DNA from: Prasinococcaceae sp. CCMP 1430
Lineage: Eukaryota; Plantae; Prasinodermophyta
Direction of reading: 5' to 3'
DNA: 64,000 bases
NCBI GenBank assembly: GCA_013416795.1
Contig: RQSC01000027.1
Span: 652,416-716,415, forward strand
This document shows positions 1-11,157 of this stretch, piece after piece (within the stretch, counting starts at the first letter, position 1; each line of letters opens with the position of its first letter). A model generated the notes under the pieces. The model saw only the letters and a program-made list of their open reading frames with translations. It did no database searches and was not told the DNA's origin. A program made the translations under genes and the position numbers.

Positions 1-1756
1 GTGTCAACGCCGACGGCAGTTCGCTCATCACATGGTTGGGCCCTCCGCCGTAGCCCATGGACTGGGCGGACATGGGTGGCATCGGCAGCGCACCCATCGG
101 CGCGCCGCTTCCTCCCATGGCTTGCCCAGGCGCCCCGCCCATGGCGTTGTATCCCGCCCAGCCGCTCATCTGCGCGCCGTACGCGCCGCTGCTGCTGCCG
201 CTCGCGGCCATCGCTGGCAGCCGCTGCTGCGAGTGCATCGCCATCACGTCGCCGCCATAGGCGTTGTACTGCCCCGGCGGCACGGCGCCGGCGCCCAACG
301 GACCCTGGAGCTGCTGCTGCTGCCCCTGCTGGTACACGCCGGCGCTCTCCTCCGGAGACAGGGCACCCACGAACGGAAGCATGCCGTCCACGTTGCCAAC
401 GGCGCCCGCGCCGCCCATGGCAAAGCCCATGCCCGGCGCCGCGTGCTGCATACCCATGACGTGCCCCATGCCTGACGGCCCGGCCAGCCCCTCCGCCATG
501 TCACTGAGCATGTTGCCGTCCGCGGAGCTCTCGATGCCGCCCGAGGCGGAGTCCGCAGCTGAGTCCGTCGACGTCACCGCCTTCAGCGGAGCCTCCGACA
601 GCGCGGCCGCCTTTCGCGCCGCGCGTTGGATGGAGGCAGGGCCCAGGTGGTTGGCCACCAGCGCTTCCTTGAAGTTGACGCGCGCCTGCACACCACGCAG
701 CGCAACGGCCACGTTGTCGTACGCTCGCGCGGCCCGCATCTCGTCGCGGAAGTAGCCGATGTGTCGCAGCTTGCCGTCGCCCAGCGTGCGGATGGTCGCG
801 CGCCACTTCTTCTGCGAGCGGTCGAAGTACACGCCGAGGTACTTGGACTGTTTCTTGGGCTCGGTCGCCTTGACGATCGAGTCGTTGGCCGGATCCTCGA
901 CGTCCGGGCCCTGGCCCTCGGGGAAGTTGCACAGCGCGTCGGGGCCGAGGTGCTTGCGCGCGAGCGCGTCGTGCGCGACGGCCGCCTGCTCCTCGGTGCG
1001 GTACGAGCCGAACTGGTGTCGCGACACGTCGGGGATCTTCTTGTAAAGCCGCCACGACTTGGAGTGGTGGTCGCGGTACACGCCGCGGTAGATGCTCACC
1101 TTGCGCTTGGTGGGCTCGCGCAGCGCGCCGCGCGTCAGGTCGGCCGCGCCAGCGCGCGGCGTCTTGCTGGCCGCCTTCTTCGCCGGCGCCTTGGCGTCCC
1201 CCCCGTCCGCGTGGCCGCCGTCGTCGCCCGCGGCGGCGCCCTCGCCCGCGTCTGCCGATTGCTCCGCGGGGCCGCCCACGGTCTGCACGCCGGTGCGCGC
1301 GTAGAACTCCGGCTCGAAGTTCGTCCTCGCGCCGGGCACCCCGAGCTCGATCACGGCCTTGTCGTACGTCTGCGCCGCCTCCTCCTCGTCGACGTAGTAC
1401 CCGAAGTGCTTGTTGTTGCCGCCCATGCGCACGAACACCTTCCACTTGCGCGACTGCTTGTCCCAGCAGACGCCCTTGTACGCGCTGCTGGGCTGCTTGC
1501 GGCCATCCGCGCCGCCGCCCTCGTCCGCGCCCTTGCCGCCGCCGCCCGCCTCGGGCTGCTTGCCCTTGTCGGCCGCCTTGGCCGCCTTGGCCGCGGCGGC
1601 GGCGGCGGCGGCGGGCGGCTTGGCCGAGCCCCTGTCCCTCCTCGCGCCTCCGGACCTCGACTTGTGCTCGCCGCTGCGCCGCGGCTTCTTCGCCGGCGGG
1701 GGCTTCGCCTCCGCAGGGGAGGGACGCTTGGCGGACGCGCGCGCCGCGGGCGCTCC
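1..1756 (-). CDS. AP2-domain transcription factor with three AP2 domains; partial (5' end lost at N1757, 3' end runs off the window)
   Basis: Minus frame not shown in the ORF track reads SAYKGVCWDKQSRKWKVFVRMGGNNKHFGYYVDEEEAAQTYDKAVIELG, SIYRGVYRDHHSKSW...EEQAAVAHDALARKHLG and SKYLGVYFDRSQKKWRATIR...DEMRAARAYDNVAVALRG, then a Gly/Met/Ala-rich low-complexity tail. Confidence 0.85.
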
Positions 1757-1757
1757 N

Positions 1758-2520
1758 GGACGGGACGGGGGCGGAAATATGCGAGCAGCTCGAGGCGCAG
1801 TGGGGCATGCGGCCGGCGGACGGCTCGCGGCTGGCTTTCATATGCGGCGCGGGCACGGGAGGCACGCTCGCTGGCGTGCACGCGGCGCTGTGCGAGCGGT
1901 TCGCAGGCGCGCGAGCGTTCCTCGCCGACCCGCAGGGTTCGTCCCTCTTCAATCGCGTGGTGAAGGGGGTCCTGTACACGCGCGAGGAGGCCGAGGGGAA
2001 GAGGCGGGCGAATCCGTTCGATACGGTCGTCGAAGGTGTGTGCGCGCGACGCTGCGGCCCCAGGGCCGCGCCTGCAGCAGTGGCCGTCGCGTCAGGTGCT
2101 GCCGTCGAAAGCTCACCCCACACCCTCGCGCGGCACTGCCCTCCTCGCCATCCCCGCGCGGCGCAATGCCGCCCTGCGCGTAGGGGTGGGACTCAACCGC
2201 CTGACGGCCAACTTCTCGCTGGTGGTCGACCAGCTCGCCGGCGCCGCGCGCGTGAGCGACCGCGAGGCCGTCCTGATGGCGCGATACCTCCGGGCGCGCG
2301 AGGGACTCTGGGTGGGCTCGAGCTCCGCCATCAACGCCGCCGCCGCGACCAAGCTCGCGCGCGCCCTCGGTCCGGGGCACACGGTCGTCACGGTGCTGTG
2401 CGACGGAGGGCACAGGCACCTGAGCAAGTTCTGGAGCGACGAGTACTTGGCGGGCGTCGGCCTGGGCGTCGAGGAGGCGTTCGAGAGGCGGATGCTCGAG
2501 CGCGCGTGCGGCGCCGAATT
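1758..2520 (+). CDS. Cysteine synthase-like PLP enzyme, C-terminal half (5' end lost at N1757; true stop uncertain)
   Basis: TGAEICEQL, GAGTGGT, LADPQGS, DTVVEG|VGLNRLTANF (intron 2036-2183, GT..AG), EGLWVGSSSAIN, GHTVVTVLCDGGHRHLSKFW match the cysteine synthase family. Confidence 0.8.
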
Positions 2521-3992
2521 GTCGGAGCGCGGGGGGGTTTCGCGTCGACGGCGCCGCGAAACCGCGGGCGATTCGCAGTGCTCGTCGATGCGCGCGGCGA
2601 GCGCGCGCCTTCAGCGGCTTTTCCCGCGGCATCTGGAGGGGCGCGCGCGCGCGCGTGGCGCGCCGGGCTCCACGTGGGCAGCGCCGTCGCGCTCCCATCG
2701 TTCCTTCACCCAAAATAAAGATGAAATGTACCCACGGGAGATCATGTCTGCGCATGCGGCGAGTGCGGGCGCTCCCGCCGCGCTGGCGCGTGTGGCCCGC
2801 GTGCGCCCTGGCGCCGCGAGCGCTTTTCCCCCTCGCCCGCCTCGCCCCCGCCCTCCGCGCGCCGCCGCCGACGGGATCGAATCCTGCGGCCGCGCGCCCC
2901 AGTGTCCCGGGGTCGGTCCCAGCGGGCGCCGCGGCCACACGCGCGGCCACACTACCACTCCGCCCGGCTCGACCGACCACACGCGCCGGGAGACACGCGC
3001 ACAGACACACGCGCCACGCGCAGACGCACACACACGACGCGAGAGCGCATGCAGCAGCCTGTGCCTCATCACAAGGACTGTAAGCCGGTGCGAAGTGCGA
3101 AGCGCGGTACCGCGGGAAAACATCCAACGTACCGTCAGGGTTCGAGGTTTGGTATCGTCGCAATTGGATGTGACGGCGGGGTCGTCGCCGGATGGGTCGG
3201 GGTTGGGCTGAAACGTGTGGCCACCGCCCGGCACACGCCTCTGCAGCAACGCCGAGCCTGCCGAGCTGGCTGCCGCTGCCGCTGCTGCTGCTGCGTGTGC
3301 ATGGGCTCACGTTGGGGAGGCCGCAGGGGCGGCTCGCTCGCAGGCTCGTGCCGCGCATGCTCGCGCGTGACGACAACGTGTGCTGCGAGCGTCGGCGTGC
3401 TGGCCCCTGCACGCTCGGCCCCATCCCTCCCTGCGGTGTGTGCAGGCGACGGACCCGCGCGGCCTCGCGGGAGGATCTTCGGCCCGCGGCGCGTCACTGC
3501 CGCGAGTCACTGCTGGGGCCTTTGAGGTTAAATTAAAAACGGGTTTGAACTTTGTATATAATTTCATTCATTTTGAGCTACGGCGGCGTGGGTGGGTTGG
3601 GGTTGGGGGCGCGCGCGGCGGCGCCGCGCGCAGCACTTCGGCGAGCGCGCCCGCGGGGTGACGGTCGCGCGTACACCCCCGCGTGCGGGGGGGGGGGGGG
3701 GNNNNNNNNNNNNNNNNNNNNNNNNNNNNNNNNNNNNNNNNNNNNNNNNNNNNNNNNNNNNNNNNNNNNNNNNNNNNNNNNNNNNNNNNNNNNNNNNNNN
3801 NNNNNNNNNNNNNNNNNNNNNNNNNNNNNNNNNNNNNNNNNNNNNNNNNNNNNNNNNNNNNNNNNNNNNNNNNNNNNNNNNNNNNNNNNNNNNNNNNNNN
3901 NNNNNNNNNNNNNNNNNNNNNNNNNNNNNNNNNNNNNNNNNNNNNNNNNNNNNNNNNNNNNNNNNNNNNNNNNNNNNNNNNNNNNNNNNNNN

Positions 3993-5089
3993 GCGCGCGC
4001 GACCCGGTGCGCGCGAACGCGTCGAGCAGGAGGCGTCGCTCGCGCCACTTCCTGGCGCGCGACGTGAGCACCCCGGCGCAGCTGCGGTGGGCCGCGCGCG
4101 AGTGCATGTGGGCGCAGCCGCTCGGCGTGGGGGACACCCGCCCGCCGCGCGACCTGCGCGACCCGCGGCTCACGGCGGCGGCGGCCCGCAGCGGCCACAC
4201 GAGCGTGCTCAAGTACCTCGTCCACGAGCGCCGCTGCCCGGTGGACGAGCGCGCCTGCGCGGGGGCCGCCGCCAACGGCGACCTGGAGGCGCTGCGCTGG
4301 CTGCGCGAGCAGTGCAACTGCCCCTGGGACCGCCGCACGCCGGCCCTGGCGGCCGAGGGGGGGCACCTCGACGTGCTCAAGTACTGTCGCAGCGCCGAGG
4401 ACGAGGCGCAGCGCTGCCCGTGGGATAGCTGGACGTGCGCGCAGGCCGCGCACAGCGGACAGATGGAGGTGCTCATGTGGGCGAACACGAACGGCTGCCC
4501 GCACGGCGACTCGAAGACCATCACGGTGGCCGCCGGGCGCGGCGACCTGGCGATGGTCATGTGGTGCGAGCGCAACGGCTTCCCGTGGGACGACCGCACC
4601 GCGATGGCGGCGTGCGAGGGCGGGCACCTCGAGGTGCTCAAGTACGTGCACGAGTACGGGTGCCCGTGGAGCGAGGCGTGCTTCGCGATTGCGGCGGCCG
4701 AGGGGCACGTGGAGGTGCTCAAGTACCTCCTGGAGGAGGGCTGCCCGTGGAACACGGACGCCGTGAACGAGGCGGCCGGGGCGGGGCAGCTCGGCGCGCT
4801 CGCGTGGCTGCACGAGGAGGGCGCCCCCTGGGACGCCGCCGTGTGCGCCTTCGCCGCGCGCAACGGGAACCTCGCGGTCCTCAAGTGGCTGCGCGAACAC
4901 GGGGCGCCGTGGGACTTCCGCGTGCGCGCGTTCGCGGACGCCCGCGGCCACACCAAGCTGCTGCGCTGGGCGCTCGATAACGGCGTGCCCGCCCACTTCG
5001 ATCCCGCGAACCTCGAGGAGATCGACGAGGACGCGCTCCTGGACGCCGAGGACGGCTTCGCGGAGGTCGAGCCCCAGCAGATGGACTGA
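3993..5089 (+). CDS. Ankyrin-like repeat protein of the GHLEVLKY..GCPW type; 5' end in gap 3702-3992
   Basis: About 8 repeats such as AAEGGHLDVLKY, ACEGGHLEVLKYVHEYGCPW, AAAEGHVEVLKYLLEEGCPW, AARNGNLAVLKWLREHGAPWD. Confidence 0.85.
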
Positions 5090-5825
5090 TGTGCAGCTCC
5101 CGCAAGCCAGCGGTTGAGCGCGACGGAGAGATGAGGGCGCCCGCGCGACCATGTGGAGTGCGCGCAATTAACGCGTCCCTGCGTGAGGACCAGCCAAGGC
5201 AACAGTTTTCCTCGTCATGCGCCGCCTCGCGTGCGGCGACGCTTGTTGTCTCTATCAAAGTATGTAACGCGAAGAAGGATACTGCCAACTAGTACTACAC
5301 GCGCGCAGCGCATCCGCCGATTGGCGGCCGAGCTCGAGACCTTGGCCGGCGCCTCTTTCCCAGCAGCGACGAGGATGGCGTCGCGCTCGATGCCCCCTGT
5401 GAGGACAGTGAGGCGCGGCAGCAGGCGGTGGGACCCGCCGATTCTTGTGAGGTGCGAGGCGACCCTCGAGGCCTCGACGCCCCGGCACGCGCCACCCCTC
5501 GCCGACAAACTCGCCCGTGGTTCACTCTCACAACAATTTGAACATACGAATGTCGTCTTTGTTTTGCGTCGCGGCGCGATGCGAATGTGATGACATGACG
5601 ATGTGATGGCGGTTGATTTTGATGGCGGCTTCAAACGTTCGTGTGCCGGTGACTTCGGGTTGGGGGGAAAGGGGGGCACACGCGCCGTGCCGTGCCGCCC
5701 CGGTGGCGTGCATTTTGACCTCGCTTTGGCGAGATGGGAGATCCGCCTGCGCGCGAGGGCGAGCGCGCGCGCGCTGCTGCCACACGGTGCGCGGGGCGCG
5801 GGCGGGCGCGGGACGCGCGGCGCGC

Positions 5826-6473
5826 AAGCAGGCGGTCGAGCTGACCGACGCGGCGGTGCGGCGCGTGCGCGAGCTGCTCGAGGGGCGCGGCGCGGCGTTC
5901 CTCAAGCTGGGCGTGCGCACGCGCGGGTGCAACGGCATGACGTACACGATGAACTACGCCGACGAGAAGGCCAAGTTCGACGAGGTGCGTTCGCGACGCG
6001 CTGCGGTGCGCCCCGCGCCTGCGACGGGCGCGCCACTCGCTCCGCCTGGCGCGCTCTGTGAAAGCTCCGATGTCGAGCTCTACTCGAGCCACGCGGCTGC
6101 GATGGGCGCACGCGATCGGCGTGTCCGTTGCTGACCGAATGCTCGCCTTCCCTGCCACCGAACCCCTTCTCACCGCACGTGTTGGCGTCTGTGTGCGTGT
6201 ATGCGTGCGCGCGCGCGTGCGCACTCGCGCATGTGCATGTGCATGTGCATGTGTGTGCGTGTGTGTCTGTGGGCCGCGCAGGTGGTGTCGCAGGACGGCG
6301 TCACGGTGCTGATTGAGCCCAAGGCGCTCATGCACATCATCGGCACGCGCATGGACTACGTGGAAGACCGGATACGCTCCGAGTTCACGTTCGACAATCC
6401 GAACGCGGCCGGCAGCTGCGGGTGCGGCGAGTCGTTCAACCCTATCGAGAACCCCCTGAAGATCCGGCGATGA
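5826..6473 (+). CDS. ISCA1: Iron-sulfur cluster assembly protein, IscA/ISA1 type (start codon unresolved, upstream of 5826)
   Basis: [25 protein letters not shown], intron 5985-6281 (GTGCGT..CAG), then [18 protein letters not shown]...[15 protein letters not shown]. Confidence 0.9.
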
Positions 6474-6638
6474 GCGGCGAGCTGCGCCACTGGCGCCCCC
6501 GCCACGTGCGGCCCCGCACGGCGATATTGAGAGGGCGCACGGCGCCACGGGGCGCGCCCAGGCGCCGGCGCGGACTGGAAGCGCGCGCGCACACACATAG
6601 GCGAGATGTACATTATTTTTTGTTACTTGTTCGGGCGC

Positions 6639-8622
6639 TCAGTACCTCCCGCGGCCTCCGCGACCGCCGCGACCCCCACGCCCGCCGCGGCCACGGCCGC
6701 GCCCGCGGCGATCGCCTCCACCTCGGCCGCGACCAGCACCGCGTCCGAAAGACTGCCCCTCGCTGCTGCCCCAGTCCTCCTCGCCGGGGTACCGCTGCGG
6801 CCTCTGCCTGCGGGACGTCTGGGGCCGCCACGCGTCCGCGTAGCCCTCGGCCACCTCAGTGCCGCCGTACCCACTGGTCTCGGCACGGTATTCGCCCTCG
6901 ACCTCAGGGCCGCGGCTGCGATACTCACCGCGTCCGCGACCTCCACTGCCGCGCCCTCCGCGCCCTCCGCGCCCTCCGCGCCCGCCCTCGCGCGCGTGCG
7001 CGTTGTAGCTGAGCTGGTCGCCGTATTCGCCCCGGCCACCGCGGCCGCCGCCGCCACCACGACCACGGTCGCGGCCGGCGTACGCTCCCCTTCCGCTGCC
7101 ACGGCCTCCGCGGCCGCGCCCTGCGCGGGCGCCTCCTCTGTAGCCGTACGCAGGATCCGCCTCCGCATCGTCGACCTCGCTGTGGTGCGCGCGCGCACCA
7201 CCACCGCCCGCATTGCGCTGCTCGCGCTGCTGGCGCCGCGCGTCGAGCGCCTCGGCCTTCATCTCGCGCGTGACCTCCTGCAGCTCCCCCTCGCGCAGCA
7301 CGACCTCCATGAAGCGCACGTCGCCGCCGAGCTCGCGCTCGAACTTGTTCACGACGAAGGCCTCCGCCGGGTCGACGATGGTGAGCACGAGCCCCTCGCG
7401 GTTCATGCGCCCCGCGCGCCCAGCGCGGTGCACGTAGTGCCTGCCATCCGCTGGAAGCTCGAGGTTGAAGACGCCGTCGCACTCGGGCACGTCGAGCCCG
7501 CGCGCGCCCACCTCATTCAGCAGCAGCACGTCCACATCGCCGCGGCGGTACTTCGAGAGCGCGTTACCACGCTCTATTTTGTCCATGCCGCCGTGCAGGC
7601 TCACGCAGGACACACCCGCCGCCTGCAGGCGCTGCTCCGCGTCGGGGAGGCGACGCGCGTAATTCATGAAGACAGCCGCGCGCGAGACGCCGCTCGCGCG
7701 GAGGGAGCGCCGAAGCGCGTCATACGCGTGACGTCGCGGCACCACCAGGTACGCGTGCGTCAGATTGGGGGGCAGGCTCTCCCCGAGTCCTGCCTGCGCT
7801 GCGCGCTCGCCAGCACCGACGCTCGCGCCGCCCGCGGCCCCCGGAGCGACGAGCTCGATGTCCGCGTGGCCCGCGGCGGCAGCGGCTTCCAGGGTGCGTT
7901 GCGCCAGCGTGGCGGACACGAGCACGAGTTGCCTGCCTTGGTCGCCCGGCGCGTTCTTGCCAACGTGCGCGAGCAGCCTTCCCATCGGCTCTGCGAAGTT
8001 GTCTGCGGCGAGGTCGTCGGCCTCGTCGAGTACCAGCACGGACGCGCCGTGCGTGCGCAGCGAACCCTCGCGGCTGAGGTCGGCCAGGCGGCCGGGCGTG
8101 CCCACCACGATGAGCGGGCGGTTGGTGCGGAGCGCGTCGATCTGCCTCGGCATCGACGCGCCGCCGATGGCCTGCTGCACCATGCGGTGGCCGTCGTCGC
8201 CCGCGCGGCGCCCGAGCAGGCTCTGCCCCTCACGCACAATCTGCATGGCGAGCTCGCGGCTGGGGGCCACGATGACCGCGTAGGGGCCGCCGTCGCCAGG
8301 CGAGGCACCCTCGCGGGCTGCCTCCGCCGCGGCGGCCAGAGCGCGCGCGACCACCGGCACGAGGTACGCGAGCGTCTTGCCCGAGCCGGTGTAGCTCTTG
8401 ATCGCTACCGAGCGGCCCTCGAGCAGAGCTGGCACACTCTTAGCCTGCACGGGGGAGGGAGAGGGCGCGCCGAGCTCGGCCAGACGCGCGGCCAAGCCCG
8501 CGGGAACGCCCGCCGAAGCCCATGTCGGCGCCTCGCCCGCCGCCTCCCCCGCGCGACCGTCGGCGTCGGCGGTCGCGGACGGCGGCCGCCGCCGTCCGCA
8601 GGGCGCTCGCCCTCGCCGCCAT
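6639..8622 (-). CDS. DEAD-box RNA helicase, plant organellar RH47/ISE1-like, with a long RG/RGG-rich C-terminal tail
   Basis: SYTGSGKTLAYL, IVAPSRELAMQIVRE, VVGTPGRL, VLDEADDL, LVSAT, ARGLD, YVHRAGRAGR. Nearest plausible ATG (8622) is one base out of frame with the body. Confidence 0.85.
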
Positions 8623-8849
8623 GCGTCCCTCGCGAGAGGTGTGCCGCCCTCCGCCGCCGCCTCGGCGAGGGCTTCGGGCGGACAGTTTCGCCCCCGACAA
8701 AAAAAAAAAAAAAAGTTGGGGGGCGCGGCGGCGCACTTGCGATCATACCTGCAACTGAAAAAAAAGACACCCAAAAAGTCCAACCGTTCAGAAGACTGGA
8801 AACGGATTTGAATCCACCTGACCCCGGTCTGATCGAGGCGTGACCGGAG

Positions 8850-11126
8850 ATGCACTGTACGCCTCGAAAGATCCGGGTTATGGAGGGACGGCTGACCGGG
8901 GCAGCTGGGGACGTGTCGAGCGGGTGCGTTCTGATGGCGCAGGGAGGCGGTGGTGGCAGCGTGGCGGACGAGCTGTTGGCAGTCGTCGAGACTGGCGCCG
9001 GCGGCGGGGGCGCGGCGGAGGCGGAGGCGGCGGACGGGAGCAGGGTGTTCGCCACGGTGGCTCTCACGCTGTGTGACCCCTCGCGCGACGGGCTGCGCAA
9101 GGAAGGCCGCGTGTCGGTCACGTTCGGGCGCGCGCCGCTGTGCAGCGCGCGCGCGTCTGCCGGGGGCGGCGCCGCGCTCGCCGATGACGAGCTCGAGGCA
9201 GGCAGGCAGCTCGAGCGCGCGCTGGTGGGCACGGGGGCTGTGGACGTGGAAAGCCTGTGCGAGTGCCCTGGCCGCGCGGCCTGGCGTGTAGATGTTCGCT
9301 GCGCGGTCCTCGACGATGGCGGCGCCGCGCTCGACTGCGCGGCGGCGGCGGCGGCCGCTGCGCTGCTTGCGACGCGCGTGCCGCAGGTCACCGTGGACGA
9401 GGAAGGGGGCGAGGTCACGGTGCACTCTCCCGAGGACAAGGAGCCGCGCGCACTCACCCTCCACCACCTCCCCGTGTGCGCCACCTTTGCCGTGCTGCCG
9501 GTCGATCCGTCGCACAGCAACAGCGGCGGCGGCATCCCGGCACAGGCGGGCGGCAAGGCGGGAGCGGCGGGCGTGTCAGTGGACGAAATGCTGCTTCTGG
9601 ACCCCAGCGTCGAGGAGGAGGCTGCCGCGGCGGCAGGTGGGGCCACCATTACGGTGTTCGTCACCAAGCACGGCGAACTGTGCGGGCTGCGCCAGGCGGG
9701 CGAGCTTGGCGTGCCGCGCGACCTCGTGTCGCGGTGCGTGCGCATCGCGTCCGCGCGCGCCGGGGAGCTCTCGGACGCCATCCGAGAGGCCGCCGAAGAA
9801 CACGCCAAGGCCGAGGTCAAGCGGCGCGTGAGGCGCGCGGCGGACGAGGTGGGCGAGCCGCAGGAACCCTTCGTGGTGGGGTATGTCTGCGCGCCGGGGC
9901 GCGCGCAGTCGCTGCGCGAGCGCGGCCTGCTCGCGGACTGCGACGCGGCGCAAGGACCGGAAGGCGCCCCGGCGCGGGCACACGCACACGCACACGGCCA
10001 GGCGCAGGGCGCAGGGGCCGGGGGAGGCCGCAGCAGCGACGGCGGTGCAGGCAGCGTGCGTTTCCTGGCGCTGACGGAGGCGCGGCGGCGCGGCATTCCA
10101 GTCGCACTGGTGCTGCACAAGCTGTCTGACTTCCTGCACGAGGAGACTTCCGACGGAGCAGCTGCGGCAGTGACGGCGGCAGCTCGATCGCTGAAGAGCG
10201 CCACTCGACTCCGAGTGGCGCCATCGGGAAGTGATGGCTTCTACGCGGTGCGAGGCGAGGTAATGGAAGCGATCGAGGCTGCCCGCGCGCCGCAGCTGGA
10301 CGTTCTCGAGCGCGTAGCTGTAGTGCTCGACCGCGCGGCGCTTCTGGACCTGCTCGCGCGCGGCACCAACGGCAGTGCGCTACCCAAGGGCGTGCGGCTG
10401 CCCCGATGGGGCCACGTGCGCGCGCGGGTGGGCGATGGCGCAGGCTCAGGCGTCCACGTTGACGCGGCCGCAGCTATTGCTGCCGCCGAGGCTGCTGGCG
10501 TGGTCGGCGCCGGCTTGCAAGTATGCATGGTGAAGCCACGCGTGGCCGCTGGCGCGCCCGGAGCACACGCTATCTCGCTGGTGCCCGCGTCGGGGCCCGC
10601 CGGTGCCACTGCGCGCAGTTCTCTCTCGTCGCTGGGGGTTCCGCCCCCCGCAATCGTGCAGGAGTGCGTGCTGCACTCTGGCGTGCTGCACAAGGTGTAT
10701 TGCATCGGTGATGCCACACTGCATGTGCGAAAGGGCTCGTTGCTCAACGCTGCCGTGCGCGCTATCGGCAAGCCCCTCACATTCGACTCGCAGATCAAGG
10801 CGGCGCCCGACAGCGGTGCGATCGAGCGCGTTGGCTCGTCTATCACCTCGATGACGGAGTTATGTGCCATCGATGTGTCACATGCGGAACCGAGCGCGCT
10901 CCCCGCGGACGAGGCCAAGCTGCGCGCGTCGGCGGACGCGTTGCGGCGCGCTCTGGGTCTGACGCTCTTTGGCTTCGATGTGCTCGTCGAGGACGGCACC
11001 GGCGATCATGTAGTCGTCGACGTCAACTACTGGCCCTCGTTCAGCGGTGCTGACATTGGCGACGAGGAGATGGCAAAGCTGTTTCGCCGGGCACTTATCG
11101 GCGCGCACATGAATCGCGTAGAATAA
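8850..11126 (+). CDS. Single 758-aa ORF: exosome subunit RRP45/EXOSC9-like RNase PH domain (~8850-9830) fused to an ITPK4-type inositol phosphate kinase (~9870-11100)
   Basis: RRP45: AVDVESLC..GRAAWRVDVRCAVLDDGGAALD, VTVHSPEDKEPRALTLHHLPVCATFA. ITPK: VVGYV, VLHKLSD, MVKPRVAAG..AHAISLV, IVQECVLHSGVLHKVYCIG, LTLFGFDVLVEDGTGDHVVVDVNYWPSF. Confidence 0.85.
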   Translation: MHCTPRKIRVMEGRLTGAAGDVSSGCVLMAQGGGGGSVADELLAVVETGAGGGGAAEAEAADGSRVFATVALTLCDPSRDGLRKEGRVSVTFGRAPLCSARASAGGGAALADDELEAGRQLERALVGTGAVDVESLCECPGRAAWRVDVRCAVLDDGGAALDCAAAAAAAALLATRVPQVTVDEEGGEVTVHSPEDKEPRALTLHHLPVCATFAVLPVDPSHSNSGGGIPAQAGGKAGAAGVSVDEMLLLDPSVEEEAAAAAGGATITVFVTKHGELCGLRQAGELGVPRDLVSRCVRIASARAGELSDAIREAAEEHAKAEVKRRVRRAADEVGEPQEPFVVGYVCAPGRAQSLRERGLLADCDAAQGPEGAPARAHAHAHGQAQGAGAGGGRSSDGGAGSVRFLALTEARRRGIPVALVLHKLSDFLHEETSDGAAAAVTAAARSLKSATRLRVAPSGSDGFYAVRGEVMEAIEAARAPQLDVLERVAVVLDRAALLDLLARGTNGSALPKGVRLPRWGHVRARVGDGAGSGVHVDAAAAIAAAEAAGVVGAGLQVCMVKPRVAAGAPGAHAISLVPASGPAGATARSSLSSLGVPPPAIVQECVLHSGVLHKVYCIGDATLHVRKGSLLNAAVRAIGKPLTFDSQIKAAPDSGAIERVGSSITSMTELCAIDVSHAEPSALPADEAKLRASADALRRALGLTLFGFDVLVEDGTGDHVVVDVNYWPSFSGADIGDEEMAKLFRRALIGAHMNRVE

Positions 11127-11157
11127 TACATACTAGCGCTAGACACCCGAGCCCTCG

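Noticed and set aside
1757-1757. AP2 gene and cysteine synthase apparently starting back-to-back with no promoter
   Set aside because: A single N hides an unsized gap that holds both 5' ends. The same applies at 17359 and 49868.
626-1963. Many long overlapping ORFs on opposite strands (e.g. 626-1963, 6606-8843, 22407-24968, 57704-59644)
   Set aside because: Antisense or shadow frames expected at high GC; no motifs and typical antisense composition.
2520-3211. Long C-terminal extension of the cysteine synthase ORF, and a possible small minus-strand gene at 2600-3400
   Set aside because: Low-complexity GC-rich read-through with no recognisable motif; exon structure could not be supported.
6180-6280. 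TG/CA and GTGCAT microsatellite-like tracts in introns
   Set aside because: Common intron composition in this window; no shared long sequence between introns suggesting introner elements.
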